From assembly GCA_030324005.1 (NCBI GenBank), contig JARDVH010000097.1:71934346-71998345 (forward strand): a DNA stretch of 64,000 nucleotides, in the 5' to 3' direction. Origin of the DNA: Negaprion brevirostris. Lineage: Eukaryota. Both the position numbers and the translations under genes were made by a program. The notes below the pieces were generated by a model that worked only from the letters and a program-made list of their open reading frames with translations, had not been told where the DNA came from and did not search any database. Shown here piece by piece: positions 35,092 through 46,510 of the stretch (its first letter is position 1; each line of letters opens with the position of its first letter).

Positions 35092-35480
35092 ATACTCTTG
35101 GTTTGTCCTGAAGAAATTACCAACTCAGACATGTGTATAAATTCTCCAACTATGGAATACTGCGACCAACTTCTGAGATCCTTCATAAAGGAACCCATAT
35201 ATTTTTATGTTAACCAATCCCTTTACGAGTTGTTGGTCCCTTGATTTTATCTACTAAGTAAACATTAGGAGAAAGAAAAGACAACATGATGCCGGCAGTG
35301 GAGAATATCTCATTTTCAAGTGTACCGTATATAATGTCATTGTTGGTGCTGATGGGAGAAGTTGGTAAGCAGAAAATTTCCAAAGTTTAAAACCAGTGCA
35401 AAATGCCTGGCCTCTAACCAGAGATCAGAAAACACAATTTGTGTTCAACAAGCAGGGTTTGATTTGTTTTGACTTATAGT

Positions 35481-36628
35481 ATCCCTAAAGGACAGGAGGA
35501 AGCCATTTGGCCCATTGAGCCTACACCAACAACAATCCTACCCAGGCCCTATCCACATAACCCCACATATTTACCTGATTAATTCCACCCAACACAAGGG
35601 GCAATTTTACTGTGACTAATCAACCTAACCTGCACATGACACTAAAATGAGTGGCAGAGCAAAGTATGCAGAGGACACTGAAAGTTTGCAAAGGGATATA
35701 GATAGTCTAAGTGAGTGGGCGAGGGTCTGGTAGATGGAGTACAATGTTGGTAAATGTGAGATCATCCATTTTGGTAGGAATATCAGTAACATGGACTATT
35801 ATTTAAATGGTAAAAGATTGCAGTATGTTGCTGTGCAGAGGGACCTGGGTGTCCTTGTGTAAGAATTGCAAGGAGCTGGTTTGCAGCAAGTAATGAAGGC
35901 GGCAAATGGAATTTTGTCCTTTATTGCGAGAGGGATGGAGTTTAAAAACGAGGTTATGTTGCAGCTGTATAAGGTGCTGGTGAGGCCACACCTGGAGTAC
36001 TGTGTACAGTTTTGGTCTCCTTANNNNNNNNNNNNNNNNNNNNNNNNNNNNNNNNNNNNNNNNNNNNNNNNNNNNNNNNNNNNNNNNNNNNNNNNNNNNN
36101 NNNNNNNNNNNNNNNNNNNNNNNNNNNNNNNNNNNNNNNNNNNNNNNNNNNNNNNNNNNNNNNNNNNNNNNNNNNNNNNNNNNNNNNNNNNNNNNNNNNN
36201 NNNNNNNNNNNNNNNNNNNNNNNNNNNNNNNNNNNNNNNNNNNNNNNNNNNNNNNNNNNNNNNNNNNNNNNNNNNNNNNNNNNNNNNNNNNNNNNNNNNN
36301 NNNNNNNNNNNNNNNNNNNNNNNNNNNNNNNNNNNNNNNNNNNNNNNNNNNNNNNNNNNNNNNNNNNNNNNNNNNNNNNNNNNNNNNNNNNNNNNNNNNN
36401 NNNNNNNNNNNNNNNNNNNNNNNNNNNNNNNNNNNNNNNNNNNNNNNNNNNNNNNNNNNNNNNNNNNNNNNNNNNNNNNNNNNNNNNNNNNNNNNNNNNN
36501 NNNNNNNNNNNNNNNNNNNNNNNNNNNNNNNNNNNNNNNNNNTGCAAACTCCACACAGTCACCGAAGGCCAAAATTGAACTTGGGTCCCTGGCACTGTGA
36601 GACAGCAGTGCTAACTGCTGTGCCACCA
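35481..36628 (-). mobile_element. HE1 V-SINE split by a CR1 insertion
   Basis: Tail and core at 35481-35637; head at 36543-36628. Confidence 0.75.
35638..36023 (+). mobile_element. CR1 RT fragment running into a gap
   Basis: DTK...[40 protein letters not shown]. Confidence 0.9.
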
Positions 36629-36644
36629 TACTGCTGCACCCTAA

Positions 36645-36825
36645 ACATGTTTTATTATTGTCACATGTATTGCGATACAGTGAAAAGTATTGTTTTTTGC
36701 ATGCTATACAGACAAAAACATACTGTTCACAGTACACAAAGGAGAGTAGGAAAGGAGAGGGTGCAGAAGGTAAGGCTGCAGGTACAGATAGGGTGAAGAG
36801 AAAGATCAGCTCCATGTATAATAGG
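36645..36825 (-). mobile_element. L2-like 3' tail fragment
   Basis: Minus strand ends ...caatacttttcactgtatcgcaatacatgtgacaataataaa. Confidence 0.55.
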
Positions 36826-37624
36826 GGAACTGCACTTCAAGAGGTTCAGTACAGATAGTAATGCTCAATCACAATCAGCAAGTAGCTGGGACATAGGCTG
36901 AATGGATGTCAGGTAGAGGAGAAATGAGAAACATTGTAGAAATCAGACCGAGTTAAGATTGCAAAAACTGCAGGCAAAATCGAGGGTTGATGAAAGTTGG
37001 AAAGGTCTTTGGCGCCATTATTGAAGTTGTGCCACATCGTGGTGAGTTCTCACAACCCGGCTTTGTTGGCAGAACTTCAGAAACACACACAGCAACAGCA
37101 ACAGCTCCACTCTACCCAACTACTGCAGCAACAGTGAGATGTGCTGTGGTGTGTAAAGGAACTACAAGCAGTAGACACACTGCAGTATATTTAAAGTGTT
37201 CACAGTATCTGAATGCTGACGAATAAAACAGTAGGAGTATTTGTTTAAATAGCAGTGAAGCAGAAAGGTATGGGGAACATTACAAAACTATCCATAAATC
37301 CCCAAGCTTAAATTGGAAGGTGGCTGACCTACTCTGAGTTTAAATTAATTAAACAAGGTGCAGAATTATGGTTTATCCAAAGCAAACAGGCAGTAAAGAT
37401 TTGTTTAGGCATTGGAAATGTAAGTTTACATAGTCTCAACATGTTCGAGCTCACAGAATTAGAGCAAAAAGATGAATTTGTAAGACCAGCTCAGAGTCAC
37501 GTTGAATTTGTGTATCCATTGCCTGGAGTTTATGTCTTACCATTAATAAATCCATCAATCATTTTATGAGTCAGAGCAGGGAAAAGAGTGACTATTGTGA
37601 TTTTTCTGAAGCAGAGCTATTTCC

Positions 37625-38082
37625 CTTTTATTCATTCGTGGGACATGGGAGCCACTGGCTGGCCAGCATTTACTGCCCGTCATTAGTTGCCTGAGGGCAG
37701 TTGAGAGTCCACCACATTGCTGTGGCTCTGGAATCACATTTAGATCAGACCAGGTAAGGATGGCAGATTTCCTTCCCTAAAGGGCATTACTGAACCAGAT
37801 GGGTTTTTCCAACAATCGTTTGATGGTCATTAGTAGATTCTTAATTCCAGATCATTTTTATTGAATTCAAATTCCACCANNNNNNNNNNNNNNNNNNNNN
37901 NNNNNNNNNNNNNNNNNNNNNNNNNNNNNNNNNNNNNNNNNNNNNNNNNNNNNNNNNNNNNNNNNNNNNNNNNNNGTCAGACCTGCTGGGATTTTCTAGC
38001 ATTTTCTGTTTTTGTCCCCAGAACTTTAGCTGAGTATCTGGATTAATAGTCAAGTGATAATGCTACCGGGCCATTGCCTCTT
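37625..38082 (-). mobile_element. SINE-B containing a gap and a Penelope-like piece (37976-38012)
   Basis: Full head-body-tail order, homologous to 12026-12340. Confidence 0.85.
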
Positions 38083-38389
38083 CCCTGGCAGGGTGAATAG
38101 CTGAATTAGTGATGACATTTACTCCAATGGATGCATTTCTAAAGGATTTGCTGGACAATCCCAAAAAGCTACAACATGACTTAAAGATGGATAAAAATAT
38201 GAGGTGATTATTGCAGCCGACAAAGCTTAAAGGTCTAAAAGTAAATTACCACAGATGCTGGAAATCTGAAATACAAACAGAAAAAGCTGGATGAATTCAG
38301 CAGCAAAAAGAGTTAGGGGCATGCATGTTCTAGAAAGATAAACTCACTTCATTCACTTTGAAATCCCTATCTAGTGATGCAGTCCAACT

Positions 38390-40200
38390 AGTCTAACAGC
38401 AAGAGGAAAGATTTAGCCTTGGCGTTTGAAATTAATGCAGTTTTGCACCAACTTATTCAGCAAGAGATTGGTGTTAGAAACACAACATAATCTGAGCAAA
38501 CCATCAACTCACGTACTGCCACGGCTGTAACAACAACAAGCAAAAATATAGGGCTATGACTGAGATTCAGTATAAANNNNNNNNNNNNNNNNNNNNNNNN
38601 NNNNNNNNNNNNNNNNNNNNNNNNNNNNNNNNNNNNNNNNNNNNNNNNNNNNNNNNNNNNNNNNNNNNNNNNNNNNAGATTCAGTATAAACCTGCTAACT
38701 TGATGGTTGCATCCAATGTGCTCAGCACGTTAGGCTTCTCAGTTGTAATCCAGTAATAAAAAGTGATGCCAGTCCAGCTTCTTCACAAACTCACTTTATT
38801 CGCATTTACAGCTTTATATACACACACTCCTAACACCCAGTGCCACCTATAACTCCTTTATACATCCCAGGTGAGTAATGTTAAACAATTAATATACAAA
38901 TTGGGTCTGAAGTGGAAGGTTGCAGTTAAACCATTCCTAACACAGCAGATTGCCCAATCTGGCAAAGACTACAGATGTGTCAACAGATGGATAGGACAAT
39001 CTAATCAATATTGAACTTGAAGACATTTTCCACAACAACCTGTTGAACTTTGCACAACCTATAGGAGGAGACAGCTAAAGACTCGATGCTGCAGGAACTC
39101 TGGAAAATGATTACAGAACCCTGCTCTATTCAGGATATTCATGAGCATATGAGAAAGATTTGGGCTTATCAGGATGAGCTAGGAATATCCCAGGGAGTCA
39201 CAACATTGAGTTGTGACCTACTTCAACAATTTCATCAGTCACCCATGGACATAGATCGCACGAGGCGGCTAGTGAAAGAGACAGTCTCTATTGGCAGGCT
39301 GTGAAGTCACAGTTAAGAAGTGCAAAAGATGTCGGAAAGACTTGCCAAAGCAACACAAAGAACTGCTTTTATCACCCAAAGTGCTTACTCATCTTTGGCC
39401 AAGGTTGCTTCTGACCTTTTCGAAGTCCACTTAAGTGATTTTTTAGTTGTCCCTGGTTATTTTTCAAAATATTCTACCATCCATCAATTGCAAGATATGT
39501 CAAACACAATTGGATCATGCATTCTAAATGCCATTTTTTTCTTATTTGAGGCACCCAGTGAGATAACCTCAAATAATAGTCCTCAATTTACTGGTAAGCC
39601 AATCAGGGATATGTGTGAGAAGTGGAGAACAGATCTGCACTATACCAGGTCTAACAGCAGGGCTGAAAGAATGATTTGTATAGTGAAATCTTTCATTCTA
39701 AAGTACAGACAAACCAAACAAGATCTACATAAGGCAATGCTACACATTCAGACCTTTAAACACAACCATTCCACCATTGGACGAATTCATGTTTGGCCGA
39801 TCACTTCTGAATGAATCTATCCAATTTTCAATAATCCACCCTTCCAGATGCTAGAGGAAAAACAGGGGAGGGTGAGAGACATGTGTGACGGCAAACAGGC
39901 GAAGAGGTGCCAAGTTTAAAGATAGGGCAACTGCTTTGAATTCAGCATTCCACAGAAGGTACATGGCAACCAGCTGAAGTGAGAAGGATCTCTTCGGAGC
40001 CAATGTCTTCACAACCAATGGTGCAACTGTGAGATTGAGCACAGGATAAATCAGGGAAGAACCCAACCCCCAGATATCGTGCAACTCCATTGCATCAGGA
40101 TAAAATCCAAGGCAAAATTCAAAACAGCATTCAGGTATGACACTCCCATAGACCACTGTGAGAAAATTCAACAACCTTAGGCTGGCAGGGTATATAAGCA
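38390..40200 (+). pseudogene. Gypsy pol remnant (RNase H to integrase)
   Basis: ORFs 39086-39304 and 39320-39814 carry degenerate HHCC-region and DDE-core motifs, with frameshifts and stops. Confidence 0.85.
38744..38942 (-). mobile_element. ~200-bp solo LTR inside Gypsy pol
   Basis: TG...CA ends, flanks cagt/cagc, TATAAA and AATAAA on -. Interrupts the pol remnant. Confidence 0.6.
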
Positions 40201-40739
40201 GACCATCACTATGCTTCAGGGACTGACAAGTCTATGAGTTTCTTAGTTCATAACAATGTCATGTGTTCATAAGTTGTAAATAGTTATGGTAATTTGTAAT
40301 GAGAACTATTTAGTTGAACAAGGGGGATATTGTGGGCACATTCTGGTGGGTGTGGTTATGTTTTCTGTATATATTACCTGAGGGGAAATGATACAATGTA
40401 CCAAGTGAATTCAGACTTGGTCTCAATGTCTTCTGAGGAAGCTAGCAACTCAGGCATTTGTACAAGTTCTCCAACTTTGTAATACTGCTGCCAACTTCTC
40501 AGATCCTTAACCAAAGCACCTGTGTATTTTAACCAACCCATTATGTGTGGTTGGTGCCTTGATGTTTATTTATTAAATAAACACAAGAAGAAGAAAAATA
40601 TAACACTACTGTTGAGGAATCCACTTTTATTTTTTCTTTTCATAGCAGAGTCTAGGATGACCAAATTAACCCAATCATTACCTAGATATGGTCTGATCCA
40701 ATCATAAAAGATGCTGCTGAGTCATCTGTGCTCATTGCA

Positions 40740-40843
40740 AAGGTAGGAGAATGGGATGAGAATCATATCAGCCAAGATTGAATGGAGGAGCAGACCTGAT
40801 GGACCAAATGGCCTAAGTCTGCTCCTATATCTTATGGTCTTAT
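40740..40843 (+). mobile_element. CR1 3' tail
   Basis: gatggaccaaatggcctaagtctgctcctatatcttatggtcttat. Confidence 0.75.
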
Positions 40844-41874
40844 TTGAGGCTTCCCAGGACCTGGCACCAATCAGCTTGTAAACATTCTAATACAAATGTC
40901 TGAGCAAATGATGGTGTTGGCACCNNNNNNNNNNCCTGACTTATTTTGTCTCAATCTGCATCTGAGCTTCTAGGAGGTATTTAGTTTTCAGTTCCGACTA
41001 GCAAACCGTCTGTTCTTGCACTTCAGTGAACTATTGCTGAGGTTTGTCTTTTTTTTTGACCATTGACCTATTTTACACCTTGCGAGCCGGTCAAACATCT
41101 GACTGATGAAGGCCAGAACTGCAATTTCCCATCCAGGCATCTCTCAGTGTCCATTACCCAGAGGGCGCCACAAGCAGGAGTAACATAGTTCNNNNNNNNN
41201 NNNNNNNNNNNNNNNNNNNNNNNNNNNNNNNNNNNNNNNNNNNNNNNNNNNNNNNNNNNNNNNNNNNNNNNNNNNNNNNNNNNNNNNNNNNNNNNNNNNN
41301 NNNNNNNNNNNNNNNNNNNNNNNNNNNNNNNNNNNNNNNNNNNNNNNNNNNNNNNNNNNNNNNNNNNNNNNNNNNNNNNNNNNNNNNNNNNNNNNNNNNN
41401 NNNNNNNNNNNNNNNNNNNNNNNNNNNNNNNNNNNNNNNNNNNNNNNNNNNNNNNNNNNNNNNNNNNNNNNNNNNNNNNNNNNNNNNNNNNNNNNNNNNN
41501 NNNNNNNNNNNNNNNNNNNNNNNNNNNNNNNNNNNNNNNNNNNNNNNNNNNNNNNNNNNNNNNNNNNNNNNNNNNNNNNNNNNNNNNNNNNNNNNNNNNN
41601 NNNNNNNNNNNNNNNNNNNNNNNNNNNNNNNNNNNNNNNNNNNNNNNNNNNNNNNNNNNNNNNNNNNNNNNNNNNNNNNNNNNNNNTTGAATTTGTCACT
41701 GTCCTCACGTTTATAAAATATTGAAGGTGCCTCCTCTTTTATGAAGCTTTTGCTCTTCCCAACTCCTTTTTGTTGTCCTACTTTTGATCCTACTCCCTCT
41801 GTTGATCCTCTTCCTGTACGGCACTTCAACGTCTCAATACATCATTTCCAGGACCTAGCTATGGCTAAAAAAAA

Positions 41875-43700
41875 ACTATTAGTGTCCATGCCTAGTTGCA
41901 CCTAGATAGTGATGTGGCACTTTCATGAACATTTCCAGTCCATGTTCTGAAGATATTCCCATGACAGAATTCCAGGATTTTGACCCATTGGCATTGAAGG
42001 AATGATGATTTATGCTAAAGATTTGCCGGTGTGTGACCTAGAGGGAAACTTGGAGCTAATGATATTTCTTCTATTCATTCAAGAGATGTGGGCTTCACAG
42101 GTTAAGCCAGTATTTATTGGCCATCCTTAACTGCCTTTGAGAAGGGGGTGGTAAGCTTCCTTCTTGAACTATTGCAGTTTCTGAGGTGTAAGTCCATGCA
42201 CAATGCTGTTAGGGAGGGAGTTCCAGGTTTCTGACCCAGTGACAGTGAAGGAACAGCAACATGTTTCCAGGTGATGTGGAGAGGAACTTCCACGTGGTGG
42301 TATTCCCACGTCTCTGCTGCCCTTGTCCTTTTAGATGTCAGCAGTTGGAAGGTATGGTCAAAGGAGCTCAATGAGTTCCTGCAGTGTGATACAAATCCAA
42401 CTGATGTTAATTATGAGGGTGGCCCAATTTGGAAACACTAGTTTCCAAGGAAAGATTAAGGGGCCACAGAACCAGCCAACTCATAGTATTACCCTTATTA
42501 AAGATTATTTATTACAATAAAGAAAAAATACACATACACAAGGCTTCACTAGTTAGGCCAGCATTTATTGGCCTTCTCTAATTGCCCTTAAGAAGGTGGT
42601 TGTGAGCTACTTTCTTGAACTACTGTAGTCCATCTAGAGTAGATGCATCCACAATGCGGTTAGGGAGGGAGTTCCATCATTTTGATATATTTCCAAGTCA
42701 GGATGGTGTCTTGGAGAATATGACTATAATGACTATATGATCTAAGACAGTTACCTCCAAGACTACTTAACACACCCATAGAGTTTAAGTAGGAGTTACC
42801 CTTCTGATGCTAAGTACATTTATAAGATCTTTTTAGGACTTTCCTCTTCCCAAACAACATCCAATCTAATAGGTCTATAAGTAAAAGCCGCTGTCTGTGA
42901 AATAGCTTTTGAAATGTTGGTGGCTTCTAATCTGCTGGCACATTCATGACAAGTGGATCTTGTAGATGGTACACAATGCTGCCATTGTGTGCAGGTAGTG
43001 GAGGGAGTGATTGTTTATGGACGGGATGCCAATCAAGCAGACTGCTTTGTTGTGGATGGTGTTGAGCTTGTTGAGTGTTGCTGCACTCACCCAGGCAAAA
43101 AAAGAATATTCCATCACACTCTTGCCTTGTGCCTTGTAGATTGTGGTTAGACTTTGGGAGTCAGGAGGTGAGTTACTTGCCACAGGATTTCGAATCTCTG
43201 ACGTGTTTTTGTGGCCATAGTATTTATATGGCTAGTCTAGTTCATTTTCTGGCCAATGGTAACCACAACCAACAACCCCCCCATCCCCCTGGATGTTGAA
43301 AGTGAAGGATTCAGCAATAGTAATGCCATTGGATGTCAAAGGACAATGGCTAGAGATGGTAAAGACGGTCACTGCCTGGCACTTGTATGACTGATGTTAC
43401 TTACTGATGTTCTATTCAGTTCACACCTGGATATTGTTCAGCTCTTGCTGCATTTGGACATGGGCTGCTTCACTTTCTGGAGAGTCGCTACTGAATAGTA
43501 CTGAACATTGTGCAATCATCTGCAAACATCCCACTTCTGGCCTTATGATGGAAGGAAGGTCATTGATGAAGCAGCTGAAACTGGTTGGGCCTAGGACATT
43601 ACCCTGGGAAACTCCTGCAGCGATGTCCTGGAGCTGAGATGATTGACTTCCAACCACTACAACTATCTTCTTCTGCACCTGATATGACTCCTTCCACTTC
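41875..43700 (-). mobile_element. LINE family B copies: old tail 41875-42070; main copy 42070-43700 split by a solo LTR
   Basis: TIYKAQGKSVMEYS..AW and AGVSQGNVLGPTSFSCFINDLP motifs. Confidence 0.88.
42387..42951. mobile_element. Solo LTR with 4-bp TSD (AGTG), itself containing a LINE-B tail (42541-42715)
   Basis: agtg|TG...CA|agtg at 42383-42386 and 42952-42955. Removing it restores LINE-B ctgcagtg(c/g)atcttgtagatgg. Confidence 0.7.
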
Positions 43701-44149
43701 ACAGTCCGCAAGCATAGAGGGTAAAGAATTCCAGATCATCAATTTTAGATTATGAGTTCACTTCTTACACAGTGAAGCATGTCACAGCCCCTGATAACTG
43801 AGCTCCTCAGCCAAGACATCTAAACATAGGCACAACACAGCTACATGAATCATGGCTACATTCCTGAAACACTGCCTACAGCATCACCCTTGAAACCCAA
43901 TATAAATGCATGACTGGAGACCTCTAGCATCAAGTTGTCCATCAAAAAGGGCATCAGCCAATTAACTACCTTGTCTACTACTCAAAAGATCTCTAATGCA
44001 ACCGTCAATCAAATCCAAGGCTTGGGGCAGAATCTTTAATCTGTATCAAGATGGCATGAGGTTACTGAAACAAGGGGAATGGATGGTTTCATTTTTCATA
44101 GTTACATTAGATGAAATAGCCATTCATTATTGAACAGATAACTTTGCCA

Positions 44150-44525
44150 ATGGATAAATCAAAAGTTAGCATTGAAGTTGTCCTATCGTCATATAATCCC
44201 TTCTGGTTCACTGAAGTTCTTTAAGAAAGGAAAGTTGTCATCCGTGCCGCACCAGGTTTGTCCTCTGAAATGCTCTAGTATGACACTCAATTGTATCAAA
44301 TCACTTCCAATGGTGNNNNNNNNNNNNNNNNNNNNNNNNNNNNNNNNNNNNNNNNNNNNNNNNNNNNNNNNNNNNNNNNNNNNNNNNNNNNNNNNNNNNN
44401 NNNNNNNNNNNNNNNACTCAATTGTATCAAATCACTTCCAATGGTGCAAGAAGCATGCCCAACACCACCTTCTCAGGGCAACTATGACTTTGCTAGTAAA
44501 GTCCATATGCTGAGAATAAATAATT
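44150..44525 (+). mobile_element. Old SINE-B variant with a different internal junction
   Basis: ctggttcact..ctttaagaaaggaaa...cctctgaaatg...gtatcaaa joined to caagaag...caccaccttctcagggcaa. Confidence 0.6.
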
Positions 44526-45937
44526 TTTGAAAAGTTGTCCCAGTGCAGTACTTTCTGATCTTCTAAAGTCAGAGGTGAGGTATATTGCTGGGCCTGAGCA
44601 AAATGAGTTCCACTCTACATGCAGCACTTGCTCGACAGAGCCTAGAAGCTATTGCCCTTAAGATTGGGATTAATTAAAGAAACATGCTCCATTCTTCATC
44701 ACTGACATGTTTCATCTTGATTCACCCAAAAATTCATTCCCTTTACTCAAAAAAGAAACAAGATTATGTGGGAGTGACTAGTGTGCATATGTTTCAATTG
44801 TTTGTATTGTCTTTACAAAATGCCCAGAGTTTGCTGGAACATCTCATGACATGCCCAGTTAGTTAGACTTGTTCTTGCACTCTTCAGCTCAAAACTATTC
44901 TGTTTCAAAAGTTGCTGCAAGTGCAAGGTGGTAATGGTACAGTGAGTAAATAGGGCGTCTGGAATCTCAGCGAATGACAAGAACTACAGAATCTCTCCTT
45001 AATCAATGAAAGCAAAAAATTAAGAAACAAACAGAAGAAATGAGAAGCATGGTGAATCAGAGTGGGTCAAAACAATGTAAAATCAGGCACAGAATTAGAT
45101 ACAATGAAGGGGAAAAAAAAAAAGGAAAAGGAAGAAAAACTGTAAAGATATTAAATTTTACATTTGTAAAAATTTGTAATATGAACTCACTATCTGAAGG
45201 AATGAACTTCACATTTGTTCATTTCCTGGACCAGAGGCTTTGATTATTAGTCATTATCATACCATTGAAAGAATACGTACACTGTTCAGTGCTAACCTTT
45301 CTATGGGCAATTTTTGTGGGCTTTGATGTCAGCTTTTTAATTGATCAAAACTTAATCCTTCAAGTAACCACACCAAGTCACAGATTCTCTGAAACAGTTG
45401 TTTTAATGCAAGCAATGGTGAGGACCCTGGAAGGTCACAGGTCAGAGTGTAAGTAGCCAGAGCCCAGAATTCTGGGATACACAAGTAGTTATAGTTTCAA
45501 ATTCGATTACAGTAGTACAGTACAATAATTAGTATATACCAATCATGGTATAGGAGCTATCTCTATCAACTCACAGTTATTAAGGTTACATTATTCATAA
45601 GGCAGGTACTGAAATCAATCACTATCAATTCATGATTGCTTAATTGCAATGAGTAATCAGCATGAAGTCTGAATCATGTTAGCTGACCTAATTCATCATT
45701 GTTACAAGTTATCAGTGATGTCCCAGTTTGTGTCTGTGGATATCACTCCATTCTTCCAGTTCCAGGTATCTGATTTAATGAATTCTCTCAGACTAAAGGC
45801 CTTGGTGCTCATCTGTAAAGACTTTCATAAAGACGTTTTATTCTCTTACAGCAGCTTATGTGATTTTTAAACTTGTGCATGATTATTAACTCTTTCAGCA
45901 ACTGACGAACAAATGCAGCAAATTCAAGAGACTCATG

Positions 45938-46092
45938 GGGCAGAATTTCCTGGCCATTTTTGACAGCAGGATCTTCTGGTCCCACTAACACCACCAACAA
46001 CCCCTGCCGCAGGTTTCCCTGCAAGGGGGATAGGATAGAATGACATTGACGCTGAGGGAGGGACAGAGGGTGAGGGGTGGGGNNNNNNNNNN

Positions 46093-46145
<53 letters not shown>

Positions 46146-46189
46146 CGTCTCCATCACATGTGCCGCGAAGAAGGTGGAAAATCCCACCC
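45938..46189. mobile_element. MITE with 3-bp TSD (ATG)
   Basis: atg|gggcagaatttcc...ggaaaatcccaccc|atg. Contains a gap and a poly-C run. Confidence 0.7.
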
Positions 46190-46510
46190 ATGAGGAGATT
46201 AGGAGTAAGATGCTGTTGCTGTAAACTTAATGGAGGAGTGGTACAAATTGCCCAGCAACTTATGGTAATTTGCAAGGTATGGGTTATCTCTTCCTCACCA
46301 TGTTGTTCACTGATCTTTGATTAATAAGATCTTGTCATTCATATGCCATTATATTTTAAGCAAATTCAGAGACAGTTATTGAACTATTGGATTAAGTATT
46401 AAACTTAATGGAAATAAAACTGGGAAACCCATTATTACAACAAGATCCATAAACTAAAGCTGAAAAAACATGTACTTTTAAATCCCATTTATTACTTTAG
46501 TGAAGATACT

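Larger units (their letters stand above)
34308..40605 (+). mobile_element. Decayed Ty3/Gypsy provirus with multiple nested insertions
   Basis: LTR 3' halves align (35121-35183 vs 40446-40508, about 54/63 by eye). PBS-like tgatgccggcagtgg at 35287. RNase H end ..GYD..IQYKPANLMVASNVLSTL. Integrase KVASDLF...YFSKY...SNNSPQFTGK...SNSRAERMI. PPT gaacaaggggga at 40316. The 5' boundary is uncertain. Confidence 0.82.

Noticed and set aside
39320-39814. 164-aa integrase ORF as a domesticated gene
   Set aside because: Catalytic motifs are degenerate (SNNSPQF for SDNGPQF), and the flanks are frameshifted within an LTR-bounded provirus.
41100-41130. CTGATGA-aggcc as a further hammerhead or C/D box
   Set aside because: No closing stem II plus GAAA, and no convincing snoRNA terminal stem.
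46093-46144. Poly-C run giving poly-Pro/poly-Gly ORFs
   Set aside because: Adjacent to a gap; likely a sequencing or assembly artefact inside a MITE.
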